From Poseidonia sp. (GTDB taxonomy: Archaea > Thermoplasmatota > Poseidoniia > Poseidoniales > Poseidoniaceae), in NCBI GenBank assembly GCA_030829545.1, contig JAURAI010000002.1, positions 128,260-192,259 on the forward strand: a DNA stretch of 64,000 bases, written 5' to 3'. Made by a program: the position numbers and the translations under genes. Shown one piece after another: positions 20,323-30,600 of the stretch. Position 1 is the stretch's first letter, and each line of letters opens with the position of its first letter. The notes under the pieces were generated by a model that was not told where the DNA came from, did no database searches, and worked only from the letters and a program-made list of their open reading frames with translations.

Positions 20323-21342
20323 ATGGCGGCTCCTGTGGCACAACGAATTTTCGTTACGGGTGTCAACGGACACATCGGCAACCACATTGTACGAGATTTA
20401 CTCGAACACGGTTATGCAGTTCGAGGCTCGGTTCGCGACCTCAATGACCCGGAAAAGACCGACCATGTACGCCAACATGCGAAGGACCTTGGGTGCGAAG
20501 ACCGCCTTGAATTGGTCCAAGGGGATGTTTTGGACGCCGATGGTTGGGCTCAACATCTGACCGGCTGTGATGGCCTCTTCCACACGGCCACGGTCTATTC
20601 CACCCAAGCAAACGCAGAACTCATTCTTGGCACCGCCAACAAGGGTACCACACATCTCTTTCACGCAGCAAAAGAAAGCGGAATCCTGCGAGTAGTCTAC
20701 ACCTCAAGCACGGCTGCTGTAGGCACTTCACCCAAGGGAACATTGAAGGCAGAGGGGCATTGGAATAATGACACCTCATTGCCGTATAGTACTGCAAAAA
20801 CGCAATCCGAACGACTTGCTTGGCAACTGGCTGAACAACTGCAACTGGACTTACGCGTCATCAACCCCACGGCTGTACTGGGCGGGGGTTTCATACGCCC
20901 AACGCCGAGTGTCAATTTCTTTGAAGCCGCCATCAAGGGCAGTTATCCCATCGTACCAAAATTCCCGATGGCTGTCGTTCACGTCCGGGATGTTGCTCGT
21001 GCTCATCGACGCGCCTTCGAAGTGGACGAGGCGGAGGGGCGCTTCATTCTCGCACCTCATGCCAACCTATCACTCTCGGTCATTTGCAGACGAATTCGTG
21101 AACTCAACCCGAGCACAAAATCACCACGACGTGCCCTTCCAAACATCCTTGTCCCGTTCGCAGTATTTCAGGACTGGCTGGGCGGAGTGTTCGGCAAAAA
21201 CCGCTATCTCACACGAGCCGTTGCTCGTAACTTGATGAAGGGAGACACCAATTATTCAAGTGAAAAAGCCGAGAAGGTGCTCGGCATGCAATGGGAGGAT
21301 TTCGACACATGCATACAAGATACGGTCGACGTATTCCTTTGA
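20323..21342 (+). CDS. NAD(P)-dependent epimerase/dehydratase family oxidoreductase (dihydroflavonol/cinnamoyl-CoA-reductase-like SDR).
   Basis: MAAPVAQRIFVTGVNGHIGNHIV Rossmann motif (GxxGxxG) directly after the ATG at 20323, plus YSTAK catalytic YxxxK. The ORF-track 5' extension (19921..20322) is antisense to cysS and is rejected. Confidence 0.85.
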   Translation: MAAPVAQRIFVTGVNGHIGNHIVRDLLEHGYAVRGSVRDLNDPEKTDHVRQHAKDLGCEDRLELVQGDVLDADGWAQHLTGCDGLFHTATVYSTQANAELILGTANKGTTHLFHAAKESGILRVVYTSSTAAVGTSPKGTLKAEGHWNNDTSLPYSTAKTQSERLAWQLAEQLQLDLRVINPTAVLGGGFIRPTPSVNFFEAAIKGSYPIVPKFPMAVVHVRDVARAHRRAFEVDEAEGRFILAPHANLSLSVICRRIRELNPSTKSPRRALPNILVPFAVFQDWLGGVFGKNRYLTRAVARNLMKGDTNYSSEKAEKVLGMQWEDFDTCIQDTVDVFL

Positions 21343-22046
21343 GTCATCACAACGGGCTTCTCTTGGCCCGCCTCAGTTGGAGCGTCCCCACCTTGACCGT
21401 CATCGTATCGACCTTGCTGCATTTCTTTGGAAGCCCAAGAGATGTCCCTTTTTTCATTTCTGAGACCGACCACTATGGACTTCAAGACCATGTGTTCAGC
21501 TGGGGCTTAACCATTGGTGGCATATGTCAAATGATGTATGCTTGGCATCTGTATCACGCCCTTGATGCCCAACGCCCAAGATTGTGGTTTCTTGCCTCAA
21601 TCATTGGAATCTTCTCCAGTCTCAACGCCATACTCGTTGCGCATTTTGACATGTATGATTTCATGAACCCTCACATCCTTACCGCCATGTTCGCTTTCGG
21701 AGGAGGCGTCCTTTGGGCGATGTTGGCCTTACCCTCTCTTGGGGTTCATGCTGCTCCGATTGGGCACCGCTTTCGAACCATCGGATTCGCCATGGCATTT
21801 CTCGGTTTTATTGTCATGATCGGCGCTTTTCAACCCGTTGCAAACAGCTTTGACTCCACGGGTATGACGCTCGAAGAATTTCTCAACCGTGCGCAATCCG
21901 GCATTGATTTCGCTGCACCTGCTGAGTACGTCCTCGTCGCTGGATTGATGCTTTGTCTGGCGTCCTTCCATTACGATCTTGTCAAACAACATTCAGAACA
22001 CAGTGATGGCAATCACACTACCGACACCGAGAAGCGACTTGTGTGA
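21291..22046 (+). CDS. Polytopic membrane protein of unknown function.
   Basis: About 6 hydrophobic segments. The N-proximal PFFISETDHYGLQDHVFSWGL faintly resembles the Frag1/DRAM/Sfk1 or DUF998 type (weak). The start is uncertain: the ATGs at 21291 and 21309 overlap the upstream gene, and a TTG at 21339 is also possible. Confidence 0.5.
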   Translation: MGGFRHMHTRYGRRIPLSHHNGLLLARLSWSVPTLTVIVSTLLHFFGSPRDVPFFISETDHYGLQDHVFSWGLTIGGICQMMYAWHLYHALDAQRPRLWFLASIIGIFSSLNAILVAHFDMYDFMNPHILTAMFAFGGGVLWAMLALPSLGVHAAPIGHRFRTIGFAMAFLGFIVMIGAFQPVANSFDSTGMTLEEFLNRAQSGIDFAAPAEYVLVAGLMLCLASFHYDLVKQHSEHSDGNHTTDTEKRLV

Positions 22047-22657
22047 CAAAGCCTCATATGGCTCTACCCACACCCAGCGATATGTCGACGAGTGAATACC
22101 CGCACCGTTCATTTCTTGCCTGCCTTGTCCTTATGTTGGTCCTAGCAGGCTGCACCTCGCCAGATGCTGAACCCCTTCCAGCGGAAGAATCATCATTCAC
22201 AATCACAACCTTTCCCAATTGGAACGGAACAACACACCTGAACGAATCCATGAACCATACTGCAATGGAGAACACTGCGTACATGGCTTACTTCTCCACC
22301 CCTTGGTGCACCCATTGTGAATCAACCATCAATGTATACGAACAGGTCATTCCTCCGGGTCAACTCGTCATCTTTTCAAAGGAAGAAGGTGAGCAATACG
22401 CCAACATGACACAATGGCATGAGCAGCTTGAGACAAACCTCAATCGAACCATTGACCGCCCCGTCATCCTGAACCTGGCGCTGGCTGAAGAAATCGGAGT
22501 CGTGGGCATCCCTCATGCGGTCTACATCAATACTCAGGGCTATGTCCATCAAGTTGTCATCGGTAAGCAAGACAACCTAACGCATGTTCAAAACACATGG
22601 GAAGCAACAGCAACGGCAATATTTGACCCACTCACGGGTTGGAATCAAAGTTCATGA
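22043..22657 (+). CDS. Thioredoxin-fold thiol:disulfide oxidoreductase lipoprotein (TlpA/ResA/CcmG-like).
   Basis: Lipobox LVLMLVLAGCTSPD and CxxC active site STPWCTHCEST. The GTG at 22043 overlaps the upstream stop; an alternative ATG lies at 22058. Confidence 0.7.
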   Translation: MTKPHMALPTPSDMSTSEYPHRSFLACLVLMLVLAGCTSPDAEPLPAEESSFTITTFPNWNGTTHLNESMNHTAMENTAYMAYFSTPWCTHCESTINVYEQVIPPGQLVIFSKEEGEQYANMTQWHEQLETNLNRTIDRPVILNLALAEEIGVVGIPHAVYINTQGYVHQVVIGKQDNLTHVQNTWEATATAIFDPLTGWNQSS

Positions 22658-22741
22658 CCACCGAACAAAGGTGTTCAATTTACAAAATGGTATCTGAGAA
22701 CTCCCCGTTCCATATGGGCGTTAACGAGGCGAGTCGTATCA

Positions 22742-23758
22742 TCATTTTTTCTCGTGAGGAGGAATGACATGCTCGTTCGCTCTGATGAGATTGATCACTT
22801 TCTGATCCAAAACGGACATGGCAACATCCAACGGATTGTGCCCTCTTTGTGAACTCGCCCGAGTTGACGTAAACACATGAACTGTCATGGAGCGATGGCT
22901 TAATTTGTGCTCAACGATACCAACAAATCTCTGTTCTTCGCTGGGATTGGGAACCTGCCCTTCATTCAGTTGAGGTCCCCATAAGCCTCCGAATAGACCG
23001 TCTTGAGGTCGTTGTGAGATGATGGGGTTTCCGAGACGGTCAAATTCAACACAAGTCCACAGTGTGACTTCTTTCACCTTGGTTTTCGTCGCCTTAGGAT
23101 ACGCAGTTGGCGTATTTTTCCCCTTGCATGAAGATTGAACGGGGCAACGATGACACCGTGGTTTTTGGGGCGTACATACCGTCGCTCCCAATTCCATGAG
23201 TGCTTGATTCCAGTCACCAGGCCGCCGTTGTATCAGGTATTCATCAGCCCAGACTTGGACCTCCCTCGCAGACGGGTCTACCATCTCTTCCTGCCTCGCC
23301 ATGACCCGTTTGATATTCCCGTCAACACAAGCAAAGGGTTGGCCAAAAGCGATGCTTGCGACCGCTGCTGCTGTGTAAGGCCCGATTCCTGGGAGGGACA
23401 GAAGAGCAGGGTATGATGAGGGAAGGGAGCCGTCAAAGCCACCATCTGCTGATGGAAGCATGACCGTTTGACTCAATGCGTGGAGGCGACGAGCCCTGCT
23501 GTAATATCCTGCACCCTCCCACGCTTTGAGCACTGTGTCGACAGTCGAATCCGCCATGGACTGGATGGTTGGAAAGGTTTCAATCATACGGCGCCAGTAG
23601 ATAATTCCCCGGCTGACTTGAGTTTGCTGAAGAAGTATTTCGCTCAGCAAAATCGCCCAAGGGTCGTTGGTAGAGCGCCAAGGAAGGTCTCGTTTGTGTT
23701 CGTCATACCAGTCAAGCAAATTCCTTTGTGATAGCCTCGTCAAGGCAACCACGCTCAT
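22742..23758 (-). CDS. mutY: A/G-specific adenine DNA glycosylase (MutY family) with a C-terminal NUDIX-like domain.
   Basis: HhH-GPD region LLSLPGIGPYTAAAVASIAFG...VDGNIKRV and Fe-S cluster loop CTPQKPRCHRCPVQSSC. Its ATG overlaps the stop of the upstream gene (ATGA). Confidence 0.85.
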   Translation of the reverse strand: MSVVALTRLSQRNLLDWYDEHKRDLPWRSTNDPWAILLSEILLQQTQVSRGIIYWRRMIETFPTIQSMADSTVDTVLKAWEGAGYYSRARRLHALSQTVMLPSADGGFDGSLPSSYPALLSLPGIGPYTAAAVASIAFGQPFACVDGNIKRVMARQEEMVDPSAREVQVWADEYLIQRRPGDWNQALMELGATVCTPQKPRCHRCPVQSSCKGKNTPTAYPKATKTKVKEVTLWTCVEFDRLGNPIISQRPQDGLFGGLWGPQLNEGQVPNPSEEQRFVGIVEHKLSHRSMTVHVFTSTRASSQRGHNPLDVAMSVLDQKVINLIRANEHVIPPHEKK

Positions 23759-25803
23759 GCTTCGACTGCTTCGGAAGTTTCGGCTTTCTTCGCCTCTATT
23801 TTTGCATCATTGGCTTTGATTTGTTCCCAAACCAATTCAGCAATGTCCTTGACTTCCATCTCTGAACCGATAGCACTCAATCCATCGCTGACCATGGTTG
23901 AACAGAACGGGCAACCAACCGCAACGGTGTCCGCTCCTGTTTCGGCGAGTTCTTTGGAGCGAATGACGTTGACACGGTCGTATCCATCGTCAACATGCTC
24001 TTCCATCCACATTTGAGCACCACCGGCACCGCAGCAGAAGGAATCCTTGCCGTGCCTTTCCACTTCAACGTCGACGCCACCAATGGCGTCACGGGGAGCA
24101 TCGAGTTCACCGCCAATGCGGCCGAGGTAACAGGGGTCATGGTAGGTGACGCTACCGTCATGGGCTGGTTCGGGTAACTTGCCTTCTTGTTGGAGATGGT
24201 TGATGAGTTGCGAATGGTGCATGACTTCGATGTCTTCGCCACCGTAGTCCTTGTACTCCTTTCCAAGCGTATGAAAGCAGTGGGGACATGAAGCAACGAC
24301 TTTCTTAACACCGATTTCCTCGAAGGTGGCTAAGTTGGTTTCTGCCAGCATTTGGAACAAGTATTCGTTACCAGCACGGCGTGCAGCATCTCCGCTGCAG
24401 CCTTCCTGCATGCCGAGGATACCAACATCAAGGCCGGCTTCTTTCATGATGCTAATGGTGTCTCGTGCCACTTTCTTATTGCGCTCATCAAAGGAGGCAG
24501 CGCACCCAGCGAAGTAGATGTATTCAGCAGGTTCTGCAACTTTCACATCCAATCCTTCTGCCCAATCACCTCGCTCGTGGGAAGGCAGACCGTAAGGATT
24601 TGAATCGGATTCGAGATTCTCGATGGTTGCCATCAGGGGCATGACCGTATCTTCGACACTCGAGTCGAATTCCATTCGCTCCATCATGAGATGACGGCGA
24701 GCATCGGTGAGTTTGGGGACGTGGTCGATGTAAATCGGGCAGGCTTCAACGCATGCATGGCAGGTTGTGCACGCCCAAATTGCATCTTCACCGAAACGTG
24801 CAATGATGTCTTCTTCCGGCGTTTCTCCAGCGAGGAGGGTGCTGGCGTTGTCGTTGGCATAGTGACGAACATCGTGAATGATTTCCATAGGATTCAGTGC
24901 TTTGCCACTGGCATATGCAGGACATACATCCTGACACCGGGCACAGGACGTACAAGCCCAACCGTCGATGAGGTCTCGCCACGTGAAATCGGTGTAGTTT
25001 ACAGCCCCAAACGATTCGATGTCAAGTTCGTCCAACAGCACAGCCTTGCCGTCTGCACCTCGGGCGAGAGGCTCCATGGTCGCCATGGGCCTGAGATCGT
25101 GGAAGAATACATTGGGGAAAGCCATCACCAAGTGCATGTGCTTGGAAAGCGGGATTAAGAAAAGGAAAACGGAGATTGCCAGCATGTGCGCCCAATAGGC
25201 TGCAACCACGAGCGAGGTGCTTGGCACAAGGGTCGCATAGACCCAGTAACCAATCGGTTCCCATGTGCTTGAGATGGTTGATTCTCCCGCCTCCACAACG
25301 AAGGAGGTCGTGGTGATGGTCATGATGAGCAAGAGAATGACATTGCCTTCAAGTTGAGATTTGCCCTTGAGCTTCTCGGGCGTAAACACCACCCGTCGTA
25401 GCAAGGCTGCAACACAACCAACAAAGGCAATAGTATAACCGATTTCTACAACCAAATTCCAAGGGCCACGCATCACTTCAGGCAAGACCTTTTGTGAGAA
25501 TTGATTGCCCGTGGCGAGGTCAAACATATCGGTTGAAAGCATCAGGAATCCCCAAAACATCAGGACGTGGATACCGCCTGCTACACGGTCTCTCAGGACT
25601 TTCTTTTGGCCTAACCAGCCGGTGAGAACTTCCTTGATTCGTGCGCCCCAATTATCAAATCGGTTCTCGGGCTTTCCTTTGAGTACCAAGCGACTGGCTT
25701 TGACCACTTGGTAGAGGAAGAAACCTCCTGAGACTCCAAAGAGCACCAGTAGGAGAACCCAGCCGGGTATCGGCCCATAATCCATAAACAGTGGGTGTTC
25801 CAT
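23755..25803 (-). CDS. Membrane-bound Fe-S oxidoreductase: an N-terminal NarI/DsrM/HdrE-like integral membrane domain fused to an HdrD/GlpC/DsrK-like domain (2x[4Fe-4S] plus CCG).
   Basis: About 5-6 TM helices with LIPLSKHMHLVMAFPN. Ferredoxin motifs CTSCARCQDVCP and CTTCHACVEACP. CCG-type Cys motifs (SCPHCFHT, FCCGAGG). Start set at MEHPLFMDYG (25803). Confidence 0.8.
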   Translation of the reverse strand: MEHPLFMDYGPIPGWVLLLVLFGVSGGFFLYQVVKASRLVLKGKPENRFDNWGARIKEVLTGWLGQKKVLRDRVAGGIHVLMFWGFLMLSTDMFDLATGNQFSQKVLPEVMRGPWNLVVEIGYTIAFVGCVAALLRRVVFTPEKLKGKSQLEGNVILLLIMTITTTSFVVEAGESTISSTWEPIGYWVYATLVPSTSLVVAAYWAHMLAISVFLFLIPLSKHMHLVMAFPNVFFHDLRPMATMEPLARGADGKAVLLDELDIESFGAVNYTDFTWRDLIDGWACTSCARCQDVCPAYASGKALNPMEIIHDVRHYANDNASTLLAGETPEEDIIARFGEDAIWACTTCHACVEACPIYIDHVPKLTDARRHLMMERMEFDSSVEDTVMPLMATIENLESDSNPYGLPSHERGDWAEGLDVKVAEPAEYIYFAGCAASFDERNKKVARDTISIMKEAGLDVGILGMQEGCSGDAARRAGNEYLFQMLAETNLATFEEIGVKKVVASCPHCFHTLGKEYKDYGGEDIEVMHHSQLINHLQQEGKLPEPAHDGSVTYHDPCYLGRIGGELDAPRDAIGGVDVEVERHGKDSFCCGAGGAQMWMEEHVDDGYDRVNVIRSKELAETGADTVAVGCPFCSTMVSDGLSAIGSEMEVKDIAELVWEQIKANDAKIEAKKAETSEAVEA

Positions 25804-25934
25804 CGTTTTCACCAAGAACGCATACCTGCGCATTTCTGTCCAAGCGGAGACGCACTTTGAAACCACCGTCAAAAACCAACGGAGATTCGGCTTCCCGTGA
25901 GAAGGAATATGAAGGCCGAGCCCGTATTCGCGTC

Positions 25935-26930
25935 ATGGGGATTGAAGCGGGAGTACAGAAGGCGAGTGCCCCCGCCAAATGCATTCTTTTCGGAGAACAT
26001 GCGGTCGTTTATGGCGAGCCTGCCGTTGCAGTCGCCCTTGAACAACGCCTCCAAGTTCAACTCACGCCCTCAAAGTCTTGGAGCGTTGGAGGCAGTCAAC
26101 TTCAGTCTGAACGACACCCACACATCGTCGCTCTAAAGGACGCTCTCCTCGATGATTCCATACCACCCATGTCGATCCACATCACCAGCGATATTCCTCG
26201 GGCCTCTGGGCTTGGTTCGAGTGCCGCCCTCAGTGCAGCTGTAGGTCATGCCTTCGCAACCTTGGCAGAACACAAGAACATCTCCAACGAAGCATTGAGC
26301 ACACTCGCACACCAGGCCGAAGCCCAAGCCCAAGGTGGATTGGCATCACCTCTTGACACCTCAACGAGTACAGAAGGAGGCGTCGTGGTTCTTTCAGATA
26401 AGAAAGAAACGTTCTGTGCCTGGCTTTACACCCGTCGATTGGCAGTACCCACTGGCGAACGTGTTTGGGAGGTTCACAGCCTTGAGTTGAAGCGGAATGA
26501 CGACATCTACCTCGTCCTCGGAAATACAGGCGTACATGCACCGACATCCGCTCAAGTGGCATTGGTCGCTTCAGCTTTGGAAGAATCACCGGAACGAATT
26601 CAGGAAATCAAGGCCATTGGAACCATTTCTCGGCGCGGCCTTGACGCACTCCAACGAGGCGATTATACCGCCGTAGGTCACGCCATGAGTGAAAATCATG
26701 TCTTGTTGAGAAATCTTGGCGTTTCGTCCCCCGAACTTGAGGACCTCATCAAAGCGGCTCTCCCAACCTCATTGGGTGTGAAGTTAACCGGAGCGGGCGG
26801 AGGGGGGTGCATGGTGGCACTGACACGACGACCAAAAGAGACCGCTGAAGCCATCGAGTTGGCAGGTGGACGAACCTTCGTATCCCGTATTGGGAATGCT
26901 GGAGCCAGGACAGATGACGTCAACATTTGA
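25935..26930 (+). CDS. mvk: Mevalonate kinase
   Basis: KCILFGEHAVVYGEPAVAV, GHMP motif IPRASGLGSSAALSAAV, and KLTGAGGGGCMVAL. Start at MGIEAG (25935). Confidence 0.9.
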   Translation: MGIEAGVQKASAPAKCILFGEHAVVYGEPAVAVALEQRLQVQLTPSKSWSVGGSQLQSERHPHIVALKDALLDDSIPPMSIHITSDIPRASGLGSSAALSAAVGHAFATLAEHKNISNEALSTLAHQAEAQAQGGLASPLDTSTSTEGGVVVLSDKKETFCAWLYTRRLAVPTGERVWEVHSLELKRNDDIYLVLGNTGVHAPTSAQVALVASALEESPERIQEIKAIGTISRRGLDALQRGDYTAVGHAMSENHVLLRNLGVSSPELEDLIKAALPTSLGVKLTGAGGGGCMVALTRRPKETAEAIELAGGRTFVSRIGNAGARTDDVNI

Positions 26931-26960
26931 GCGAACGTCGACATGCCTTGACGAAATTCC

Positions 26961-26969
26961 TTTTATATA
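26961..26969 (+). promoter_or_regulatory. Archaeal TATA box (TTTTATATA) for tbp, implying a leaderless or near-leaderless mRNA.
   Basis: TTTTATATA lies in an otherwise GC-balanced 43-nt intergenic gap. It ends 22 nt before the ATG at 26992 (its centre about 27 nt upstream), which fits the archaeal -26/-27 TATA spacing to a transcription start at or just before the start codon. Confidence 0.55.
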
Positions 26970-26991
26970 GTAAATGTATTTGGGTCTTTAT

Positions 26992-27606
26992 ATGACCACC
27001 GATGAAGAACGCCTTACTGTAGTAAACGTTGTCGCCAGCACCCGTGTTGCCGAAGAACTTGACCTCCCCGACATCGCGATTCAACTCAATTGCGAGTACG
27101 AACCAGAACAATTTCCCGGTGTCGTCTACCGTGTTACCGAACCTAAACTTGCCATTCTCATGTTCCGCTCTGGCCGTGCTGTGTGCACTGGTGGAAAGGA
27201 CGAGGACAACATCCACACCGGTATTGACCGCATGATCAAGGACCTACGTGCTGCTGGCATTGAAACCTGGGACCTCAAGGACGTCACCATCGAAGTCCAA
27301 AACATGGTCGCCACCTACGCCCTTCACTACCCCGAAGATTACGACGGTGTTGACAAGTTCACTGGCGAGCCTCAAGCAGGTGTTCCCCGCAAACTGAATC
27401 TGAACCACCTCACCTTCCACCTGCCCTTTGACAAGGTAGAGTACGAACCAGAGCAATTCCCCGGCCTTATCTACCGACTTGACGACCCCAAGGTCGTCTG
27501 CCTCATCTTCGGTTCAGGTAAGATGGTCATCACCGGCGCTCGTCACAAGGACGAGATTCTCGAAGCTGTTGAAATCATCAAGGACGAACTCGCAGACCTT
27601 CTCTGA
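26992..27606 (+). CDS. tbp: TATA-box binding protein (two TBP repeats), with an insertion of about 20 residues in repeat 2.
   Basis: Both repeats carry EYEPEQFPG(V/L)(V/I)YR...PK...L(M/I)F.SG(R/K).V.TG. Start moved to MTTDEE (26992) because the ATG at 26974 lies only 5 nt after the TATA box. Confidence 0.93.
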   Translation: MTTDEERLTVVNVVASTRVAEELDLPDIAIQLNCEYEPEQFPGVVYRVTEPKLAILMFRSGRAVCTGGKDEDNIHTGIDRMIKDLRAAGIETWDLKDVTIEVQNMVATYALHYPEDYDGVDKFTGEPQAGVPRKLNLNHLTFHLPFDKVEYEPEQFPGLIYRLDDPKVVCLIFGSGKMVITGARHKDEILEAVEIIKDELADLL

Positions 27607-27668
27607 GTGCTTTCTGCCGATTCACATCAAGAGAAGTCTTGATGTTCTCCCGATACCGTGTCTATACC

Positions 27669-30600
27669 ATGGGGGAGAGCCTTGGACGCCGAATGCTCCC
27701 CGTCGCCCTGGTGCTTTTGCTCCTCTTCAACTTGGTTCCCGTTGAGCACCATGAGGCCTTAGAGAAGCGACCAGTCCACCAATCAACGGCAGGAGACCCC
27801 GGTGTATCGGACGTGCCAACATGGCGAATCGGTGACCGCTGGATCTACGCTGGAACCTTTGATCCAACCATCTTGGTAACCGATACCGGCGTAGATGCCA
27901 CGGTTGGTGAGATTCAAGGCGACACCACCGTTGAGGTCACGGGCATCAGCACTCAAAATGTGGACAACATGTCGGTCCTCGCGTACACCCTTCGAACCTC
28001 GGCGAACTTTGACAAATCGGGTGTGTCGCTTGAAGGCTATTCTGGAAACGTCTACATTCAATTTACCCAAACAGAATACCTCCGAGTCAGTGACCTCTCA
28101 CCCATTCGCAGCGATTTAGACCTCTACATTCGCTTTGTACCCAGCGGTATTTCCTTCCTTGAGCAACTTCTTGGAGACATCACCATCACCACCACCTATT
28201 CGCCAGTGAACGAAAATTACGATTTCCCCCTTCGTATCGATGAACGATGGACCACCACCACCACCTCCTCCTCCCAGTGGTCCGGTCAAAGCGATTACAT
28301 CACCCCCTTCCCACCTCCCGAGACCGACACCAACACCACAACGTGGGTGGTTACCGACACTGGAAAACCCTACAATGACCTCGGGCAAACCATTGATTAT
28401 GGCGGATGCAATGAATCCTACGAGATGACATCATTCAACAGCGATGGAATTTCTGAGGGTTACCGCTGGTATTGCCCTGAAGTGCGCAATTATGCTTGGC
28501 TTCACACGTCCGATGACATCGGACTAACCATTGATTTCAAACTCAAGCGGTACGACCCAGTGGGTGCCACAGGGGTTGAGCCCTACACAAACCCGGGCAT
28601 TCGTTCCGACTGCCTCGACGTGGTGCCTGAGCGAAGCATCACGGCCCTCAACACGCCCATGCAAGTTTGGGTCAACACTTCATCTTCTTGCTTTTCAAAC
28701 ACAGCCGGCCTTTCGCTTGAACTCCATCATGAAGTTGAAGGTTTTGTGACCACCCTGGCCACAGCCGCCAACGGTAGCGCGTGGACCACCATCGACGTTG
28801 GCGACGCATTGGATTCTTCGGCCACGCAACTCGATTATGCAAGCCACGGTTTGGTGGCCAAAGCAGGCAACAAGGTTGGAGCGACCACCGTAACGCTTGA
28901 CCAATACCTCGTGGGATTGGATGTCTTCGCAGATGAAGGAGCGGCCGTGATTTTGCGAACACGATGTACGGCTGATGAATGCGTGATTACCCAACTCAAC
29001 GCCATCTCAGGGTTCAATGTCCTCCCGGGAGATGTATTGGACATTGAACTGGCCTTCAACAACCGAGGCATCACAACTTCCACGGCCTCTGATGCTCGCC
29101 TAACGACTCCTGACGGTGTCCAAACCACCATCTCGCTTCCTGCGCTTCAAACATACCAAGCGTACAAATTGTTTGAGATTTGGACCGTTCCAGAAGACGC
29201 TTCAATTGGTGCCTTGCAGATCCAATGGGAAGCGGACATCAGCGGAATCAACACCGCAGATGCAGACCTGCAAAATAACCTCGGAACGATTGACCTCTTT
29301 GTTGGTCGCGTACCAACGCCGGTTGCCGCCGAGGCCATTGGACTTACCCGAGAGACCATTCTTCTCGACGCCAGTGAAAGTTTCGACGAAGACGGCGGAG
29401 AGGTTTCTTGTGAGTTCTATGTCCCCTTTGACGACGGAACACGGACGTGGGATTACGAGCGAATCGTTTCCCCATCCTGCCTACTCAACTACACCTGGAT
29501 TGACGATGGTGTTTACCCTGTTGAAATCACCGTTGAGGACGAGGAGCGTGATGAAACCGTTCTGATTCTCAATGTCTCTGTGGAAAATCGTGCGCCGAAG
29601 ATCGAAGTCAGAAGCCAACGAACGGAAGCCAAGGTGGAATACCCAATCACGCTCTATGCATACGCCAACGACTCAGATTCGGAGGAAGTTTGGCCCGGAG
29701 TGGTGGACATCTATTGGCCTGGGGCAAATTGCAAGGAAGGCTACTACACACGCGTTTGCACCACTACTGCCACCACCGAAGGGTGGAAGACCTTCACCGC
29801 CATCGGTACCGATGACGACCGAGCAACCGCAACAGCAACCTTTGACGTCAAATTTACCAACATTCAGCCACACAGCATCAACATCCAGATGATTGACAAC
29901 GATGGGCCGATTGTCATGGACGCACAGGACACATGGCACGTGGACGAGGACCAAATGGTGACTGTTAAAGGCCAAGCTCAGGATTCTGTCGACGACATCG
30001 AGGACCTCACCCACACTTGGTGGCCCGATGATGCGCAACCTTCCTTGATTCGAGTCTTTGACGGTCGGACCTCCGAATTCGAGATGGTCTGGCTGGAAGC
30101 GGGCTTGCATAAAATGCGCCTCGAGGTCACCGACTCAGAGGGTGCATCGAGTGGCATCGAAGAGCGATGGGTCAGCGTGCGTAACGTGCCACCTGTCATC
30201 GACCCAATTCCATTCGTATTACCGATTGCCGAAGGCCAGACCATCAGCGTGACTGGTTCAGCAACCGACACACCATCAGACGCAGAAACACTGGTCAAAT
30301 GCTGGGACATTGACCCCAGTATGGATTCAAACGATATCGGTAGTGCAGATGACGACTGTGATGTTGTGGGCGATAACCTCACGATTTCTTGGAACCGAAG
30401 CGGAACCCACAAGTTGGTGTATCACGTCACAGATGACGATGGAGCACATACCAGTGAAGTCTTGGTTGTTCAAGTTCTCAACACCCCTCCAATCGTTCGA
30501 ACGGCTGCAGTCAAGTGCACCGCCTATGAGCCCTGCCTCCTCGATGCGAGTTCAACGATCGACGCTCTCAGCGACATCCAAGGCCTCACCGTTGTTTGGG

